A stretch of DNA of 10,073 bases, from contig CAYMGT010000032.1 in the NCBI GenBank assembly GCA_964390115.1, positions 1 through 10,073 of the forward strand. The letters run 5' to 3'. The notes below the pieces were generated by a model, which was not told the origin of the DNA, made no database searches, and saw only the letters and a program-made list of their open reading frames with translations. The position numbers were made by a program, and so were the translations under genes. The stretch is from an uncultured Gammaproteobacteria bacterium. GTDB lineage: Bacteria > Patescibacteriota > Patescibacteriia > Patescibacteriales > UBA12465. Positions 7,415 to 10,073 of the stretch are shown one piece after another (positions within the stretch are counted from its first letter, which is position 1; each line of letters begins with the position of its first letter).

Positions 7415-8563
7415 TTAATTGTTTTGTTTCAAAATATCACTTAAGTGATCAATAGCCTTTATAATTGGAATTACTTGAATGCCCTCATAGTACTCTTCTC
7501 TTTGACTGTTGCAAAAAATGAAAGATTTTGATTCAGGGTAATCTTTTTTAAAAGCATGTAAACCTTTTAAATCTTTTTTATTTATATTAGATTTACGTTT
7601 TATTTCAAAGGCTAGTAATCCTTTAGGACCATAAAGAACAAAATCAACTTCTAAACCTGTAATTGAGCGCCAGTAATATATTTTATAGCCTAAATTATAA
7701 TAATCATTTATAGCTACAATTTCTTGTAAAAACAGAGTTTCTAAGGCCGGACCTTCTATTTCAGATTCTGAATCTAAAGGCCCTGTTGGACGTAGAGATC
7801 TAAACACGCCAACATCAAAATAATAGAATTTGTTATGAGAGATTAATTTTCTTTTAGCTCTTTTTTTAAATATTGGTATACGAATTGCAATAAGTAAATC
7901 TTCTAAAATTTTGAAATAATTTTCTGTTAGTTTTCTTTCTAGTTGAGATTCCTCTGCGACTTGAGTAACATTTAAAACTTCTCCTTGAGAAAATGAGGCA
8001 GTTTCTAAGAATCTGGAGAAATTGCCAATGTTACGAGTCAGGCCTTCCTGCAGTATCTCTTCTTTAAGATAAGTATAAACGTATGAGTCTAAAAATTTGA
8101 TTGGATCAGTAGAAGTATAGGCCATGGGTAATTGTCCATATTTTAAAGAATGAGATAAAGAAAAGTCTTTAGCTAATTCTTTTTTAGTTAAGGGATGGAA
8201 GTAATATGTTAAAGCTCTGCCAGCTAGTAAATTAACACCTCTTTTTCTCAGACTACGAGCACTAGATCCAGTTAAGATAAATTTATAGCTTTTGTCTTCT
8301 ATTAATTTATGTACTTCATTTAATAGAGTTGGTATTTTTTGCACTTCATCTAAAATTATCCAGTCTTTATAGTCCTCAGGAATGTAATTTAAAAGTTTCT
8401 CTGGTTTAGCCTGTAGTGTTCTATTCAGCCTTGAATCAAGTAAGTCTAAATAGATAGAATTTTTGAAATTTTTTTTAAGCCAAGTAGTTTTGCCAGTGCC
8501 ACGAGGCCCAAATAAAAAGAAGCTCTGATTATTGTTGTTTGTTCGTAATAATCTTGTATACAT
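7415..8563 (-). CDS. AAA+ superfamily ATPase (COG1373; AAA_14 plus DUF4143-like) with a C-terminal PD-(D/E)xK nuclease-like motif.
   Basis: Walker A FLFGPRGTGKTTWL (aa 16-29). Walker B WIILDEVQ (aa 68-75). C-terminal …ITGLEVDFVLYGPKGLLAFEIKRKS (D307…E320-x-K322), which resembles a PD-(D/E)xK core. Confidence 0.85.
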   Translation of the reverse strand: MYTRLLRTNNNNQSFFLFGPRGTGKTTWLKKNFKNSIYLDLLDSRLNRTLQAKPEKLLNYIPEDYKDWIILDEVQKIPTLLNEVHKLIEDKSYKFILTGSSARSLRKRGVNLLAGRALTYYFHPLTKKELAKDFSLSHSLKYGQLPMAYTSTDPIKFLDSYVYTYLKEEILQEGLTRNIGNFSRFLETASFSQGEVLNVTQVAEESQLERKLTENYFKILEDLLIAIRIPIFKKRAKRKLISHNKFYYFDVGVFRSLRPTGPLDSESEIEGPALETLFLQEIVAINDYYNLGYKIYYWRSITGLEVDFVLYGPKGLLAFEIKRKSNINKKDLKGLHAFKKDYPESKSFIFCNSQREEYYEGIQVIPIIKAIDHLSDILKQNN

Positions 8564-8585
8564 ATTTATTGTATTATGGAGTTAG

Positions 8586-8616
8586 TAATTCCATTTTAAC
8601 ACACTTTTTGGAATTA
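8586..8616. promoter_or_regulatory. 8-bp inverted repeat TAATTCCA-N15-TGGAATTA in the ORF5/ORF6 divergent control region. It overlaps a minus-strand TATAAT (8613-8618) that may be the ORF5 -10 element.
   Basis: Read directly. It lies 22-53 nt upstream of the ORF5 start codon on the minus strand. Confidence 0.3.
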
Positions 8617-8662
8617 TACAAGACAAAAATGCGATAATTTAATAGCTATAAATAATTATTGT

Positions 8663-8690
8663 TGATTTATAGCCTATATTTTGATATTAT
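8663..8690 (+). promoter_or_regulatory. Candidate promoter for ORF6: -35 TTGATT (8663-8668), 16-nt spacer, and an extended -10 TGaTATTAT (8682-8690).
   Basis: Hexamers and spacing read directly, 29 nt upstream of the ORF6 ATG. The AT-rich context makes false positives likely. Confidence 0.35.
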
Positions 8691-8718
8691 CTAAGTATAA
8701 AATTATTAAATAAAAATT

Positions 8719-9846
8719 ATGAAAAAAGGCAATAAGACTATTACTTTACAAATATTAAGTGGTGTTTTAAAGTTTTTAGCAGTTTCTGTTTCATTTCTAC
8801 TTCTTATTGTTATCATAATTCCTTCAATTTTAAGCCTTGTTAAGGGTCAAGACATTCCTCCTATTGATGAAACAGAACTTCAATTGCAAGTAGTTGATAT
8901 TTCCAAAGAAGAAAATCTTTTTTATGATTTAGATTATGATATAGAAAAAGTTAGAAATTCAGTTATATTAAAAAATATACCCAAAGAAAAAGAATTTGTT
9001 TTAGATTATTTAGATAGTGATAAATGGGATAAAGAAGTTGTGGAAAATATTTTAGCTGATAATGAGAATATACTGCAAAATTGGACATCGGCTTCTGATA
9101 AGGGTAAATTTCAATTACCTTATACAGACGGTATCCTTGAGGTATCAGGAGATATGCCAGTGACGCCTTTTAACATCTATAGAGAAGTTAGTCGTTTAAG
9201 TGGAATTAAAGCCATTTATTTAGCTAAAAATGGTCAAGAAGAAGGGGCGCTTGACGAAGCTATGAAAAATATTATTGTTGGAAGTGCTATAGAGAATTCA
9301 CAAAGTACTTTAATTGCTCATTTAGTTGGTAGGGCCGTAAAAAATACAGGTTTAGATGTATTACAAAAAGTTATTTCTATAATACCTGAAAACTCTCAAG
9401 TTATATCAGAATATCCTTTTGAGCTGGAAAATTATCAAGCAATAGCTAACCCATCTCCTTTTATAGTAGAGTATCTTGTTTGGAGACAGGGCTTAGATGA
9501 CTCTTCAGATAATAATAATTTAGAATCAGTTTTATTAGATAAAATATTGCTAAGGAATAAATTTTATTTTAAGAAAAATTTAACTATTAGTTATTATTCT
9601 GATTTTTATAATCAGTTAGTTGTAGAAGCGGAAAAAGATTGCTCTCAAGTGAGTGATGTTTCTTATCCATTTAGACCTTTAGCGACTAATAATGTATTTA
9701 AGCTTTATTTTACGGAAAATTTAATGGGAAAATTAATGAGTTCCTTTCCTGAAATGGCATTTAATAATGTGTTAGAGAAAAAATGTACTACTGAGCAGAA
9801 GCTAAAAGAAACTAATTTAATAATTAGCAGTAGACAATTGCCTTAG
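8719..9846 (+). CDS. Hypothetical protein, anchored in the membrane at its N-terminus (single TM helix or signal-anchor, aa ~14-40), with an extracytoplasmic domain of about 335 aa of unknown function.
   Basis: Long ORF with a KKGNK charged N-terminus followed by LQILSGVLKFLAVSVSFLLLIVIIIPSILSLV. No catalytic or domain motif recognised. AT-rich codon usage like its neighbours. Confidence 0.7.
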   Translation: MKKGNKTITLQILSGVLKFLAVSVSFLLLIVIIIPSILSLVKGQDIPPIDETELQLQVVDISKEENLFYDLDYDIEKVRNSVILKNIPKEKEFVLDYLDSDKWDKEVVENILADNENILQNWTSASDKGKFQLPYTDGILEVSGDMPVTPFNIYREVSRLSGIKAIYLAKNGQEEGALDEAMKNIIVGSAIENSQSTLIAHLVGRAVKNTGLDVLQKVISIIPENSQVISEYPFELENYQAIANPSPFIVEYLVWRQGLDDSSDNNNLESVLLDKILLRNKFYFKKNLTISYYSDFYNQLVVEAEKDCSQVSDVSYPFRPLATNNVFKLYFTENLMGKLMSSFPEMAFNNVLEKKCTTEQKLKETNLIISSRQLP

Positions 9847-9895
9847 TTTTTTATATAATTTAATTTATTGTTGTTTAATAAAATAATATAGATCA

Positions 9896-10073
9896 TGAAT
9901 AAAAGAATAACTTTCTGGTATGTAAGACCAATTGGCTCGCATACTAATAACTCCTTAGCTAGATACTTAAGGGAAAATGCTAAAGACTTAAACGATGGTG
10001 AAATCAGTGTAGCAGGACAAGTTTTTTTAGTTTATCAAGTAGACTATGAAACAATTAGCTTGCTACAAAAAAG
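9896..10073 (+). CDS. 5' end of an ORF of unknown function (MNKRITFWYVRPIGSHTNNSLARYLRENAKDLNDGEISVAGQVFLVYQVDYETISLLQK…), truncated by the window edge.
   Basis: ATG at 9896 opens a frame with no stop through 10073. It is not in the supplied ORF track because it is incomplete. No recognisable motif. Confidence 0.4.

Noticed and set aside
1-10073. Scan for CRISPR repeats, tRNA or rRNA genes, IS inverted repeats, transposases and integrases.
   Set aside because: No regularly spaced direct repeats, no cloverleaf-compatible segments in the intergenic regions, and no transposase- or integrase-like ORFs were seen. The intergenic AT-rich 'attaat' runs are low-complexity and not structured repeats.

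Overview
AT-rich bacterial window (background about 25-33% GC by eye) in which TGA is a stop codon and no Shine-Dalgarno sequence precedes any gene. This pattern fits a reduced-genome lineage, possibly CPR/Patescibacteria-like, though that assignment is low confidence. Gene content, in order:

- A flotillin/SPFH membrane-scaffold gene that is visibly GC-richer than its surroundings. It has its own near-consensus promoter and an intrinsic terminator on each side.
- A tightly packed uvrB-uvrA-uvrC nucleotide-excision-repair operon. The uvrA/uvrC junction is an ATGA overlap.
- A convergent minus-strand AAA+ ATPase (COG1373-like) carrying a C-terminal PD-(D/E)xK nuclease-like motif.
- A divergent, N-terminally membrane-anchored protein of unknown function.
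- The 5' end of a further unknown ORF running off the window.

The main observation is that all three Uvr proteins are minimised in a domain-coherent way. UvrB lacks its C-terminal UVR domain 4. UvrA lacks the whole ~105-aa insertion (damage-sensing) domain, so zinc module 2 collapses to C-x2-C-x13-C-x2-C, yet the UvrB-binding domain is kept. UvrC lacks the (HhH)2 domain and most of the inter-domain linker but keeps the GIY-YIG domain, a 4-Cys cluster and the RNase-H-like endonuclease domain. This looks like a stripped-down but probably functional NER machine.

Operator-like perfect palindromes sit in the flotillin 5' leader and in the divergent ORF5/ORF6 control region. No CRISPR array, tRNA, rRNA or obvious mobile element was seen.
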